Assembly (NCBI RefSeq): GCF_032191835.1
Contig: NC_083236.1
Span: 18,848,001 to 18,912,000 of the forward strand
Origin: Heteronotia binoei
Taxonomy: Eukaryota
DNA length: 64,000 bases
Direction: 5' to 3'
In this document: positions 10,411 through 21,889 of the stretch, in pieces
How positions within the stretch are numbered: position 1 is the stretch's first letter
Layout of the letters: every line of letters starts with the position of its first letter
Made by a program: the position numbers and the translations under genes
Notes under the pieces: generated by a model
Databases searched by the model: none
The model's input: the letters and a program-made list of their open reading frames with translations, nothing else
Told to the model about the DNA's origin: nothing

Positions 10411-12237
10411 TAAGTGCCAGAGCAAAGATCTGGGTGGGAGTCTAGGAGCAGAGTTTGCCTCCTCTGCCCTCCTTCTCCAGTGTGCACTCTGCCCAAAATG
10501 CAAGTTCTGCCTGCTGCAACTGGTGCTTTCCTGCCTTCTGAAGCTCTGGGTGGTGGGGTAGAGAGGCAGTTGCTCTGCAGAGCTCTGCCCTGAGTGGGGG
10601 GTGGGGCCCTGGGGAGGCAGGGAAAGAGCCGCTGTAGCCAGAAGGAGTCACTCTCCTCTGTGTGCTCTGGAGAGATAGAGATCTCTGGCAAGTCTGGGAT
10701 TTCTCGGCCCTTGAAGAGGCATGGGAGGCCATCTCTATCCCTGCTTTGCAGCTTGTGAACCCGCCCAGGTCCTGGGGAGGAGGGGATTTCCCCTGACTCT
10801 GATCCCAGGACTTTTTTGCCCAAGGCAGGAGATCTGCTACAAGTTGATAGGGAGTAGAATCAGGACAGGAAAAGGGAAGCGCTGCCTTGTTATACTCTCT
10901 GCTCCAGTGAGGGCCCTGGCTAAGAGAGATTTGAAAAGAAGCTAGATGCATTCCTGGAGGCTGTTAGCTACTATGGTGAAACGAGACCTCCAAATTCAAA
11001 GGCAGTAGACTTCTGAATGCCAGTTGCTGGCACTCAACGGGTGAGAGCTTTTAATTTAATTTAAAACGTTTTATGCCACCTTTCCAGCCAGTTCAAGCCT
11101 TTTAAAGTACAGATATGCACACACAGTGTAAAACAATTCAAGTAAAACCGAAGCATGTAGATACGTGCGCACAAACAGGAAGGAGGGCCACTGAGGAAGC
11201 ACCGAACAAAACGAAGTCTTCACCTTCTGGAGGAAGTCGGTGATAGGAGGGGGGAAACAAATCTCCCTGGGAAGGAATTTCATTGTTTGGTGCCAGGACC
11301 TAGAAGGCGAGTGAGTGCAGGAGTGTTAAAAGAGAGCTCACTTGAAGAACCAGGAAATAACTTTCACAGACAAGCTAGAGCTCCTCTGCAGCAGCAACCC
11401 GCTGAGTTAAGCTGCAGATTGCTTGGGAGTTTACAAGCAGTTCATGAGGCTACGTGTGGATTTCCTATCCTAAGAAGAGGTAGGCTTTCTTAAGTAACCC
11501 TTGCAATTGTGGCTGCAGTGCCTAGAGGTGATTTTTGAGTCAGGGGATTCCTCCCTTCAGCTATGAGATGAATCGATATCCCCAGTTCTAGGGACAGAGG
11601 CCAGCCACCTTGACTATTTTGACTTTGGCAGTCTGTTGTGGTCTAGATTACTGCTGCCTGTTTCAAGTTGGGGCCCACCCTTTGGGAGCTGGCACGCTGG
11701 ATGGTTTGGTGGCATAATTCTTGTCGACCAGGTCTCTGCTCTGGCGGGCAGCCCTGCCAAGACAGCTGCTGGTGCCGTTCAGCTGAGAGCCTTGTGTGAC
11801 AGCAGCTGACTCCTCTCAGCAGCAGAGTGGGAGCTACAGCAGTGCTCTCGCCGGCAGCTTTCAAAAACACAGTAATGAGGCTGCCGTTCAGGAAGCGACT
11901 CCGTCCGCCCCTGCCCCAGCTTTGGATGTGATTCTCAAGGCTTTGGGAAATTGCTGCACCAGCAGAGTTCAGCACAAGCAGGGCGTGCCCAAAGTTATCC
12001 GTCCATTCATAAATTGTCCCAAATAGGCATGTGGAGCAGTTGCAGAGAAACTGTCAACTCCCTTCCTTAGCTGAGTAGCAATAGTTGTGGGATTCATAGC
12101 TCCTTCCTTCACACTCACAACCACACACACACACAAATACCCTGCAGTCATCACACTGTCTGCAGGCTCTGGCTATTTTGTTTGCTGAAAGGTTGGTGAC
12201 CGTGGAGCTGGACTTGATGTGCAGCCTCGTCTGGCAT

Positions 12238-12686
12238 GCTGCAGACAGTTCTGGTCACCATATCTCAAAAAGAACGTTGCAGAACTGGGGAAAATGTAGA
12301 AGGACGGCAGCCAAGAGGATTAAGGCCTTCCATACAAGGAAAGGCTGAAGAGACTAGGACTTTTCAGTTTAGAAAAGAGACGACGAAGTGCAGGGAGGTG
12401 ACGCGCTAGAGGTTTAGAAAATTGCATGAGGTAGAGAGAGTTGGCAGAGAAATTTTTCTCCCTCTCCCAAAACGCTAGAACTTGAGGGCATCCAATGAAA
12501 CTGACGGGCAGTAGATTCAGGATGGACACCGAGGGAGATTAAAATGTGGAATTTGCTGTCAGGGGATGAAGCGATAGCTACAGGCCTAGATAGCTTTAAA
12601 GGGGAATTAGATAGATTAGTGGAGGAGAACTCTTATCAGTGGCTACTAGCCATGGTGACTTAAGAGAACCTCCATATTCAGAGGCA
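12238..12686 (+). mobile_element. Older CR1 LINE 3' fragment
   Basis: Degenerate QFWSPYLKK...LGLFSLEKRR...RGHPMKL...WNLL ORF2 motifs with frameshifts. Confidence 0.75.
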
Positions 12687-12687
12687 T

Positions 12688-13139
12688 GAGAACATAAGAG
12701 AAGCCATGTTGGATCAGGCCAGTGGCCCATCCAGTCCAACACTGTATGTCACACAGTGGCCAAAAAAATCAAGTGCCATCAAGAGGTCCACCAGTGGGGC
12801 TAGAAGCCCTTCCACTGTGCCCCCAAGCACAAGAATACCGAGTATCACTGCCCCAGACAGAGAGTTCCAACAATAAGCTGTGGCTAATAGCCACTGACGA
12901 ACCTCTGCTCCATATGCTTATCCATTCCCCTCTTGAAGCTGTCTGTGCTTATAGCCACCACCTTCTGTGGCAGTGAATTCCACATGTTAATCACCCTTTG
13001 GGTGAAGAAGTACTTCCTTTTATCCGTTCTAACGCGACTGCTCAGCAATTTCGTTGAATGCCCACGAGTTCTTGTATTGTGAGAAAGGGAGAAAAGTACT
13101 TCTTTCTCTACCTTCTCTATCCCATGCAAAATCTTGTAT
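12688..13139 (-). mobile_element. CR1 LINE 3' fragment (younger)
   Basis: ORF 12884..13147 encodes HNTRTRGHSTKLLSSRVRTDKRKYFFTQRVINMWNSLP; CR1 3'UTR follows. Confidence 0.9.
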
Positions 13140-13723
13140 GGAGGCACTAAGCCTCTGAATCCCAGAACCAGGAGGCCCTTCCTTTCTCTTCACTTGGGGC
13201 ATCTCTCTTCCAAGACAAAGGATGTGACTGCCTAGCAAACAAGGGCCTCTGTTTGACCACGTGTAGAGCAGTGTTAACAGGTCAACACCAGCTGTGCAGC
13301 TTCTGGTCTTGTTTGAGAAAAGGGGACAGGAAGTATTGTGATCTTATCTTACAGGAAACCATACGTCGTCGTCGTTAGCAAATATGAAAGAATTTAAGAG
13401 CAGTGTTTGTCTGGATAGTGTCTAGCCTCAGTCGCCAGATCATCAGTTTGGAGCTAGCATGGATTCCGCTATCCTCTTTGGGGCCTGAAGGCTGGTCTCT
13501 CTCACTGCGCCGTTCCGTCAGTCCTAACGGAAAGACCTCTGTCACGTTCAGCAATTCTAAAGCAGCAGCTGCTCCCAAGCAAGATTGGCCAGGAAAAACC
13601 GGGACGAGATGGGGCTAACAGATTCCTTAGACAGCCTTTATTGTATGAATAAAGATAATGCGCAGGGAAGTTCATTAACCAGTACGCACTGTTGATTTCT
13701 GCTCATTCTTGTCTCCTGTGCAG

Positions 13724-13817
13724 GGCAGCCTAGAGCACCAGAAGTCCTTTGATGAAGCTGCCTCTCAACTGCAGCAGACATTCCAAGCTAGTGTTTCCAT
13801 GGCATTCAACATCCTTG
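13724..13817 (+). CDS. DELE1: DELE1 exon 7 (GSLEHQKSFDEAASQLQQTFQASVSMAFNIL)
   Basis: Matches human [25 protein letters not shown]; tgcag| and G|gtaata sites. Confidence 0.92.
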
Positions 13818-15205
13818 GTAATAAATGGTTCATCAGGTGTAGTCACCCTGCTGCAGCGGTTAGAGACTTGGCTGTGCGTACAGTCTCAAGAGCCTTGTCG
13901 AGAGATCAGTAGGTTGGGCAAGCCTCAAGCGTCCCTAAAACTGAGGCCGTGATTGGCAGTGTGCCAGTCCTGCCCAAGGGAGGAGGAGCCGTTCTCTCCA
14001 GCACAGGTCCTGCAAGTGCTTCTTCCTTAGCCTTGTGCCATTCGCTTCCATCTCCTCCTGCCACCATGTGACTTTCAGCAAAAATGCAGACCTGCCTCCG
14101 CCTGGACTGCAGCATGGATTGGCACCATGCTCCTTTTCCATATGGTCATACCTCTCCTTGGCCACCCCAGTAACATCATCGTGGGTTTCTGTTGGGCTTG
14201 CTCCTACCTCTTTGGTGGCCAGATCTTAAATCCAGGAAAGGAATGTGTGTAAGCCAAGTGGGATGCTTATTTGGAACATCCTCTGCTGCCTTATTTACTG
14301 CCGTGGTTCGATTTTGGCGGGGGGCGGCCACAAGGCTCGTGGGAAGGAGAATCCCGTTCCCCCGGTTGCCACGGCTGAGGCAGCTTCTGGCATCCCCTGT
14401 GGCAGGGCCTTGATTGGCTCCCGGCAGCCACCGCCTCCGGACCCAGAACCTCTCCCAGCAGCCACCACCAACTCAGCCGCTGGTGTGTGGTCTGCACAGG
14501 TGCAAACACTTTAATCTTGGGGGGAATTTAACATTTCAGATTTTTCTGCAAACCTGGGATGCCAGAAAAATCTATTCAGTGTATGTGTGGCCCCAAATCG
14601 GCAGATTTAAGTATCTGCAGAGGAGGGCCACGTGTCCGTTTGACATCTAGATCCCCCCTAATCTTGGCAGTCATGATGGTGAGTGGAGACGAGTTCCTGA
14701 CTGAGCTGAGCTTTACATATGGCCACTCCTAATTGATTCACAAGGGTGATGTGGCTCTCTGATTTGTGGCTACTGCTTAGTGCACAGGTTTTGCATGCTT
14801 CCACGTTCATTGCCCAGCATCTCTGACCACTGCTAGAGATCTTGATAAGCCACCACCTGCAAAAGTAGACAATCTGAGAGATGAATGGTCTGACTCATTC
14901 TGAAGCAATGTCCACTGCTTGCTGCTTGAAGCAAATGGATTCCATGCATGCCTGTTTATTAGATTCTTGAGACACTGGCCATTCAAGTAGAATTAAAGAG
15001 ACCACTTTCCCAAGGCAGACATTGAGATCATGGAAACTAAAGGGTGTGCTGAGCGTATGATATAGGTGTCGATGAAGTTATTTCCCCTCCCATTACATTC
15101 TCCCCAGTTAAATCTCCCCAACACTCAAGCAGTTGCCCCCCCACACACACTAAAGGAGGGTTTGGGACAATGTACCTGTTTAGCAAGTCCCGCAGCTGTT
15201 TTCTG

Positions 15206-15206
<1 letters not shown>

Positions 15207-15266
<60 letters not shown>
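15207..15266. repeat. (GAT)20 microsatellite, the expanded tail of a truncated minus-strand Squam3-like SINE (15267-15305)
   Basis: 60 bp of perfect GAT directly followed by attagatttatatcccgccctccactccgag. Confidence 0.95.
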
Positions 15267-15550
15267 ATTAGATTTATATCCCGCCCTCCACTCCGAGTTT
15301 CAGAGTCAAAAGCATGTCCAAACCTCTACCATTTTAAGGGTTTCAGTCTCTGTATAACCTGGTGTTGATTTTATACACTTGGTTGGAATTTGGAACAAAT
15401 CAGCAAGTGCATAGCTCCGGAAACTGGGCTTCACATTTCATATGAAATCACCACCCTCCCACCCACACCTCAGTGTTGGATGCAGGGTGTGAATGCAAAG
15501 GTCTGTGTCATCGTTGGCTGAATCTTTTCTGTGGTGTGTCGCTTCCCCAG

Positions 15551-15693
15551 GGCTTGAGCATCTGCAGAAGAAGCAGTACGCAGCAGCCTTTCACCTTTTC
15601 AAGCTGGCGGCGGATCAGAACTACAGCAAAGCCCAGCTCAATGTGGGGTTGTGCTATGAACACGGAAGAGGCACCGAAAAGGACATGGCAAAG
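15551..15693 (+). CDS. DELE1: DELE1 exon 8, SEL1/TPR repeats (AAFHLFKLAADQNYSKAQLNVGLCYEHGRGTEKDMAK)
   Basis: 143 bp, phase 1->0; strong match to human GYSKAQYNAGLCHEHGRGT. Confidence 0.96.
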
Positions 15694-16620
15694 GTTCTCT
15701 GGCCCGATTCCTAGGCCTTTTGTGTGTTTTCTCTTGGGAAGAAGAGCATTAGGCAGCCAGAGAAGTGTGCTGGAATGTGGAACTCCCTGACCTCCATTCC
15801 CCTGAAACACACCTGACGTTTCGTGGCAGGGATACAGGAGGGCACAAAACAGAAATGTAGGGTCTGGTAACTTTGGCCAGGGTCCCAGTGTCTCTCTCTC
15901 CCTCCCTCCCTCCATGATGGCTGAGGCTTCCCCACTTGTGTTCTTCTGCAGAGGAGCTTTCCTGAAGTCAAACACTTCACAGTGGGACGAAGAAAGAGAA
16001 GCAAGTCCTCGCCACTGGGATGCACCCATTCCAAATGCTCAAGAACCACAGAGGCAGTGTTGCCTCTAAGCTTTTCGTATCTGGCTCACACCTTTTTGTC
16101 TATGCTCAGGAAGGAGGGCCCCAGAGCGAGCTAATTTATGCAGTAGCCAAATTGCTCGCTCACCACTTTAATGGGCAGTAGCTCACAAAGTAGAATTGTC
16201 GCTCACAAGACTCCGCAGCTTAGAGGGCCCATTGCACAGAGGGCGCTGGCTTTGCACAAGAAAGGAGGCGGCTTCATTTGCCTCCCGCTGGTGTCTGCAA
16301 CATGGCCAACTTTCCACTTCTTGGGCACTTTCGCTGCAAAGATGCTGTGCAGTTAGTAGGGGAAGTTGTCTCTTGTGAGGTGGGATTTGGGGGTAGCCTG
16401 AGAGGCATCTTTAAAATATCATCGCAGGTCTTTTGCGGCTCCTCATAGCTCTTTCTCAGATGGGACTAGAGCCAATGTGCCTGGCAGATCCCTTCTGAAT
16501 CCTTTGGGGGTTGGAGCAGGGAAGGAGGAGCAGCTGCGGATGAACTTCTGCAGCAGGGGGTGAGGTTCTGGGCCCTGCTTCCCCCTCATCGCCCATACTG
16601 ATGCCGTTCTCTCTTCCCAG

Positions 16621-16782
16621 GCTGCCCTCTACTACCAGCGGGCGGCTCACCAGGGCCACCCTATGGCCCAGTATCGCTATGCTAAATGGCTTCTACGGAG
16701 CTGGCCCAAAGTGGAGGAAGACAGTCATGTACAGGAGGCGGTGGATTTGCTGGACCAGGCAGCCGCTGCGGGGCTGACCCAG
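16621..16782 (+). CDS. DELE1: DELE1 exon 9 (AALYYQRAAHQGHPMAQYRYAKWLL...AAAAGLTQ)
   Basis: ttcccag| and CAG|gtaaac; matches human [25 protein letters not shown]. Confidence 0.95.
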
Positions 16783-17706
16783 GTAAACACTTGGCGTTAG
16801 GATATTGGGGTGTTCAAAGAGAAGGGCACGCTGCCAGTCCTCGGGAGTGAACTGGAGAGTTTCTTCCAGTGGACTTCTCTGTGTGAAATGCCCAGTTGAG
16901 TTGCCCACCTGGCTTTGCCCAGCCCTGGCATTCTTGCACAGGCTGTGGAGCAGAGTGAGGTCAGTAGCCTGCCATGCCTCTGTTTTTCCTAGGCTGTTTG
17001 TTTCCCTAAGCAAACACAGTCCAGTATCCTCTCTCCTCTACCGATCAAGCAACTCATCGGACAAAATGGGCTTCTCATTGTAATTTCTGTAAGAAACTGC
17101 ATAAACATAATGCGTCCAGGGAATGTAAAATGTGCATTGATAGAGTATATTCCAAAGCAGGTTGTTAAGCACCGCCTCTGCCTTGGAGGAGATGGCTTTA
17201 ATTTAGGGGGAAGGGGGAGCGTTTCAGAGGTTTTGGCTGCTTACTTTCTCTGTGGTTGTTGGGGGGGACTCTCTTTAGGACTGTCCCAGTTAATAAAGAT
17301 GGTCACTCCTTACCTTGGACCAGTTCTTCCGCTTTTTCCAGGTTCCACTGATTTCAGTAGGGAGAAACATGTACTTATATCTTCTGTTGAAATAATGGAA
17401 TGGTTCTTAATTTTCACTGGATCTTAGCCCTTTGCCTATTTTTGCAAAAGTCCATGCTCCGGGGAAGATTAATTTTATTTATTTAGCATATATAGTCTCC
17501 CCATATATATAGTCCCACTTTTCTCCCCAATGAAGGACCTAAAGCAGCTTGTAAACTTTAAACCAATTTGTAAATACAGCACACAAAAAAAAACCCCAAA
17601 GAAATCAAAAAGATGCCCAAGATTTGCATACTGTTATGAAAAACTAAACAAAAGTAAACCCCCTTTTTAGCGACTGGTGGTTGGTTTGTTTTTTGCTTTG
17701 GAATAG

Positions 17707-17799
17707 GCACAAGTTTATCTGGGTAGGCTCTGCCTGAAGGGTCTGAAGACTGGCAGGAAAACAGCACTGAAGTACTTGCATATGGTAACCAAGAGTGAG
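17707..17799 (+). CDS. DELE1: DELE1 exon 10 (AQVYLGRLCLKGLKTGRKTALKYLHMVTKSE)
   Basis: aatag| and GAG|gtaggg; 93 bp, phase 0->0; matches AQAFLGVL...AVKYLWLAANNG. Confidence 0.88.
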
Positions 17800-17894
17800 G
17801 TAGGGCTTTATGCAGAATCACCCTCTTACGCTCCCCTCTTACACTCCCCCCAGAGTGACATGAGCCTCTGGGACTCCATAGTCTCCACAGTAAC

Positions 17895-18097
17895 TAGGGT
17901 TGCCAACTCTGGGTTGGAAAATTCCTGAAGATTTGGAGGTGACGCATGGGGAGGTTGGGCTGAGGGTAGGAGTCTCACGGGTATAAAGTCCACCCTCCAA
18001 GGCAGCCATTTTCTCTTGAAGAACTGCTCTCTGTCACCTAGAGATCGGCTGTACTTCTGAGATATCTCCAGGCCCCACCTGGAGGTTGGTAACCCAA
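17895..18097. mobile_element. tagggttgccaac-TIR MITE (related copies at ~23906-24103, 28480-28683, 49580-49812)
   Basis: Shared internal sequence and tagggttgcca...tggcaaccct-type ends. Confidence 0.7.
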
Positions 18098-18241
18098 ATA
18101 GAGTGTGCACAAGTGCATACATCCGGTTGGAGGCTCAAGTTCTAGAATGCTCCATGCACATTCTTGTGCATGGGTATAACTGTGCATGGGTTTGATTCAT
18201 CCTTGTTAGACTGATGCTCTTAAACGTGTTTTGCCTTGCAG

Positions 18242-18389
18242 GATTCCTTGAGCAAGCTCCCTTTGGGGGTCTTGTATGAAAAGGGCTTTGGACGTGCCCA
18301 GAACCAGCAGGCAGCTGAGAAGCCCAGCCGGCAAGTAGAAGTGGCAGGCTCAAAGCCTGCCCAGGAGAGCATAACAGCAATGATAACAG
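18242..18389 (+). CDS. DELE1: DELE1 exon 11 (DSLSKLPLGVLYEKGFG...ESITAMIT)
   Basis: ttgcag| and G|gtaggg; aligns with human DSQSRYHLGICYEKGLG. Confidence 0.9.
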
Positions 18390-18477
18390 GTAGGGGACCC
18401 AGAGCTGATGGGAAAAATTGGGGTGTCATGAGAACGTGGGGTATGATATTGACGGCTTGATATTCTCACCCTCACAG

Positions 18478-18716
18478 ATACACAGAGCCAGCACCTGTTA
18501 ACTGTGGCCCCGAGATCCTTCTTCTCCAGCCCCTGTCTTCAGAGCCTGAGTCAGCCACCAGTTTCTCACATAGGACAGCCAGTTCTGGACCTGATTCATT
18601 CCCAGAGCACAGGAAACCTCAGGGATGTGTCCTGCCTGCCTCATCCAGCCTTCCCAGATTGCTTCTCCCTCAGCCTCCGTCCCTTGAACTGGTCTCCAGG
18701 GATAGCCATTGGCTAA
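18478..18716 (+). CDS. DELE1: DELE1 exon 12, terminal (RSFFSSPCLQSL...HSQSTGNL...GIAIG*)
   Basis: ctcacag| acceptor in phase 1; matches human KSFSSPSL...HASSTGNL...LGFG*; ends in TAA. Confidence 0.92.
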
Positions 18717-18761
18717 CATGGCTAATCAGAAAAACTTTTTCTGCCAGATACCGATAGCACT

Positions 18762-19472
18762 AAGAACATAAGAGAAGCCATGTTGGATCAGGCCAATGGC
18801 CCATCCAGTCCAACACTGTGTCACACAGTGGCCAAATATATATATATGTATATACACACTGTGGCTAATAGCCACTGATGGACCTCTGCTCTATATTTTT
18901 ATCTAATCCCCTCTGGAAGCTGGCTATGCTTGTAGCCACCACCACCTCCTGTGGCAGTGAATTCCACATGTTAATCACCCTTTGGGTGAAGAAGTACTTC
19001 CTTCTATCCGTTTTAACCTGACTGCTCAGCAATTTCATTGAATGCCCACGAGTTCTTGTATTGTGAGAAAGGGAGAAAAGGACTTCTTTCTCTGCTTTCT
19101 CCATCCCATCCATAATCTTGTAAACCTCTCTCACATCACCCCGCAGTTGACGTTTCTCCAAGCTAAAGAGCCCCAAGCGTTTTAACCTTTCTTCATAGGA
19201 AAAGTGTTCCAAACCTTGAATCATTCTAGTTACCCTTTTCTGGACTTTTTCCAGTGCTATAACATCCTTTTTGAGGTGTGGTGACCAGAATTGCACACAG
19301 TATTCCAAATGAGGCCGCACCATCAATTTATACAAGGGCATTATGATACTGGCTGATTTGTTTTCAATTCCCTTCCTAATAATTCCCACCATGCCGTTGG
19401 CCTTTTTTATTGCAATCGCACACTGTCTTGACATTTTCAGTGAGTTATCTACCACGACCTCAAGATCTCTCT
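18762..19472 (-). mobile_element. CR1 LINE 3' fragment inside the DELE1 3'UTR
   Basis: ORF 18865..19497 encodes PLYKLMVRPHLEYCVQFWSPHLKKD...RGHSMKL...; 3'UTR carries a (TA)n insert. Confidence 0.95.
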
Positions 19473-19510
19473 CGGTCACTACTGACTCTTCAAACAATCA
19501 CTGCCCCCAT

Positions 19511-19516
19511 TTTATT
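19511..19516 (-). terminator. Candidate PCDH12 poly(A) signal AATAAA
   Basis: TTTATT on + with an upstream TGTA on the minus strand; an ATTAAA alternative lies at 19631-19636. Confidence 0.4.
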
Positions 19517-19604
19517 GCATCCCTTTTGTACACTTTTTTTTTTTTTTAATTCTCTGTGCCCAAAATGGCCACTACAGAGCTACAGCAAATGAATGTTGTA
19601 ACCA

Positions 19605-19610
19605 AATAAA
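19605..19610 (+). terminator. Candidate DELE1 poly(A) signal AATAAA
   Basis: First AATAAA noticed after the DELE1 stop; TGTA 5 nt upstream. Confidence 0.55.
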
Positions 19611-21197
19611 GGAGCTCTGCTAGGCTAACATTTAATCTCAACAAGTATCTTACCTTCTCATCGCTTCCCCTCCACTCTAAAAATGCAAGCCAAAGTGCCC
19701 CACTGCCTTCCGACAGGATGTCCTCAGATTTTTTGGCTGCTGCCAGACCTGTGTCTTTCCTCCATCAGCAGCACAAAGGCAGGATCCTCAAGAAGATGCC
19801 TTTTTTTCAGGGGGGGAAACGGGAAACTGGGGCCCTGCCTAGGAGCAGCTGAACCACGGAAGCCAAGCCAAGCCACTGAGATGCAAACAAGGTGTGGTCC
19901 AAGACGCGGAATTCAGCTCTGAGGCTGCGGATTGTTGGCACCATTCGGTTTAAGGAAACTCGCTTAGCAATAGACATTGTGTTCTAAATTATTGACTGCT
20001 GAAATTCCATCCCTCAGTCCAAGGAAAGAGCTTTAAATCATGAGTGGAACGAACGAAAAAGAGCAAGTGCTGCCACTGCACATAAGAATTCTGGGACAGG
20101 AGAAGAGGCTACCCCGGTACTCTTGTGGACCGCAGCTGGATAATGGATAAAAGAATCTTCTGGTTTTGTTAAAGACTATGTCTCTCCCGTGCTCCTGAGA
20201 AGACAATTCAGCAAGATGGCCAGGCTTATCTCCCTGCCACCAGCTGGGCAGCTTTCTTGCCGTCCTCAGCAGCAAGGGCCTTAGAAGTCCCTCTCCCAAT
20301 GTCATCCACCTGCTTCTCATCACTGCATCATAGACTGAGGTGGGGGGGGAGTCGTCATGTTAGAACATAAACAGAGTGACATGCAGAATTTTGGTCTGAG
20401 CGTCTTACTATGAAAAAATACGTACTCAAGCAGCTGTTTCGAGATGTCATTGTTCTACAGCAGAAAGTTGCAAAGAGATGGGGACGGGGAGCACCTGCGG
20501 AAGGCTCAGAGTCTGACCGAGAGGTAGAGTTGCCGGGTCCCTCCTGCCAACCAGCGGGGGATGGGAGAGACATGTAAGGAGAAAGAGAAAGGCTTGGCCT
20601 CGTCCAGGAAGCGATGTCATCATGCCAGCACCATCTGGGTGACACTCTGAAATGTGGGCAAAAGCTCTATGCTAAAACAAGCTTCTACGTAGAGGTTTTG
20701 CCCAAATACCAGAGCATTGCCCAGATGTCGCTGGTGTCATGACATCATTTCCAATGTGATGCCAGCAGTAAGGCCTCGGCAAGTCCTCACCCCCACCCCG
20801 TTGACCAGCTGATGAGGTCAGAGGCTCAGAGTCTGTCCAAGAGACTGCATTTCTTTGCTTGACAGCGCAGCAGGCCTGCTGCTGCTCCTGTTGGGAGGCG
20901 ATCAGTTCCGCAGTCCGGATGGCTTAATGTAGTCCCAGCATTAATAGTAGGGTTTGTTTTTTTCCTGCTTCAGAAGAGAGGGCAGATAGAACCCTTCTGG
21001 GCCTGCCATTTCATGTTGTAAAGACAGAGTCGCCAAGGTAGGGTCAAGGCTCCCGGCTACTTGGTGGTGGTGAAGACATGAAGTGTGCGTAAGATCTGCT
21101 CCCTCTTGACTCTGTCTCTGCGCTGCTGGGAGCCTCCAACAAGCCTGGTGCGTGCTCTTCCTTCATACCTCCAAGCCAGTGTGTGCTCTTCCTCCCT

Positions 21198-21583
21198 TCA
21201 TACCTCCAGGCCAGTGCCTGTCTCCTTGCTGCCTGCTGCCTCCACCCCGCCCGCCTCCAGCTCTAAGGTCCGACGACGCACAGAGAGTTGCTGCCAGAGC
21301 TCCAAGGAGACGTCTGCCTGGGAGTTGGCCTTCTGAGACAGAATCATCTCCAGCAGAGTGCTCATCTCCGAGAGGAAGGTGTTCGCCAGCTGCGGTTCCT
21401 CCCCAGCAGCTTTGCCAAAGGTCGCAAAAGTGCGTGGTTCGTCTCTGCCCGTGGCTTCCTGGCTGGGAGGAAACTGCTGAGCGCTTGGGGAAACGACATT
21501 CACCTTGTAATCAGTTGAGAGGGGAAGGGACAACCTGGCCATCCAGGCGGGATCGGCTTCCGTTAGCTGGTCCGGGTCCAGCC
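21198..21583 (-). CDS. PCDH12: PCDH12 exon 4, terminal (GLDPDQLTEADPAWMARLSLPL...EPRTFATFGK...FLSEMSTLLEM)
   Basis: Conserved PCDH12 cytoplasmic motifs; tttag| acceptor in phase 1; stop at 21198. Confidence 0.95.
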
Positions 21584-21889
21584 CTAAAGCAAATGAGGGG
21601 GGAGAATAAAGGAAATTAATTAGGAGCCTTGGAAGGATCAGCCTGGGGCTGTGCAACTTTTGGTACTAGGTGTAATGATTTGAATTATATGTGTGCGTTC
21701 CTTTAATTGTTGGTAAGCTGCAGTTGCGAAAGGGAATGAATGAGTGAGGTGACTGGTTGGTGACTGAAGGGCTTTTCACACTAATGGAAACTGGAAGGGA
21801 ATCAGTGTTGTGCTGCCCTGGAGTAATCGGGGACAGAGATGGGAGTTTCAAACATGATTTCCTTTGCAGTTGGGTTCTGTGTCTGAAGC

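Noticed and set aside
13355-13425. DELE1 exon 6 candidate GNHTSSSLANMKEF
   Set aside because: Starts in phase 1 while exon 5 ends in phase 0, and no phase-0 donor occurs before the stop
15066-15368. Poly-Asp ORF
   Set aside because: It is only the translation of the (GAT)20 SINE-tail microsatellite
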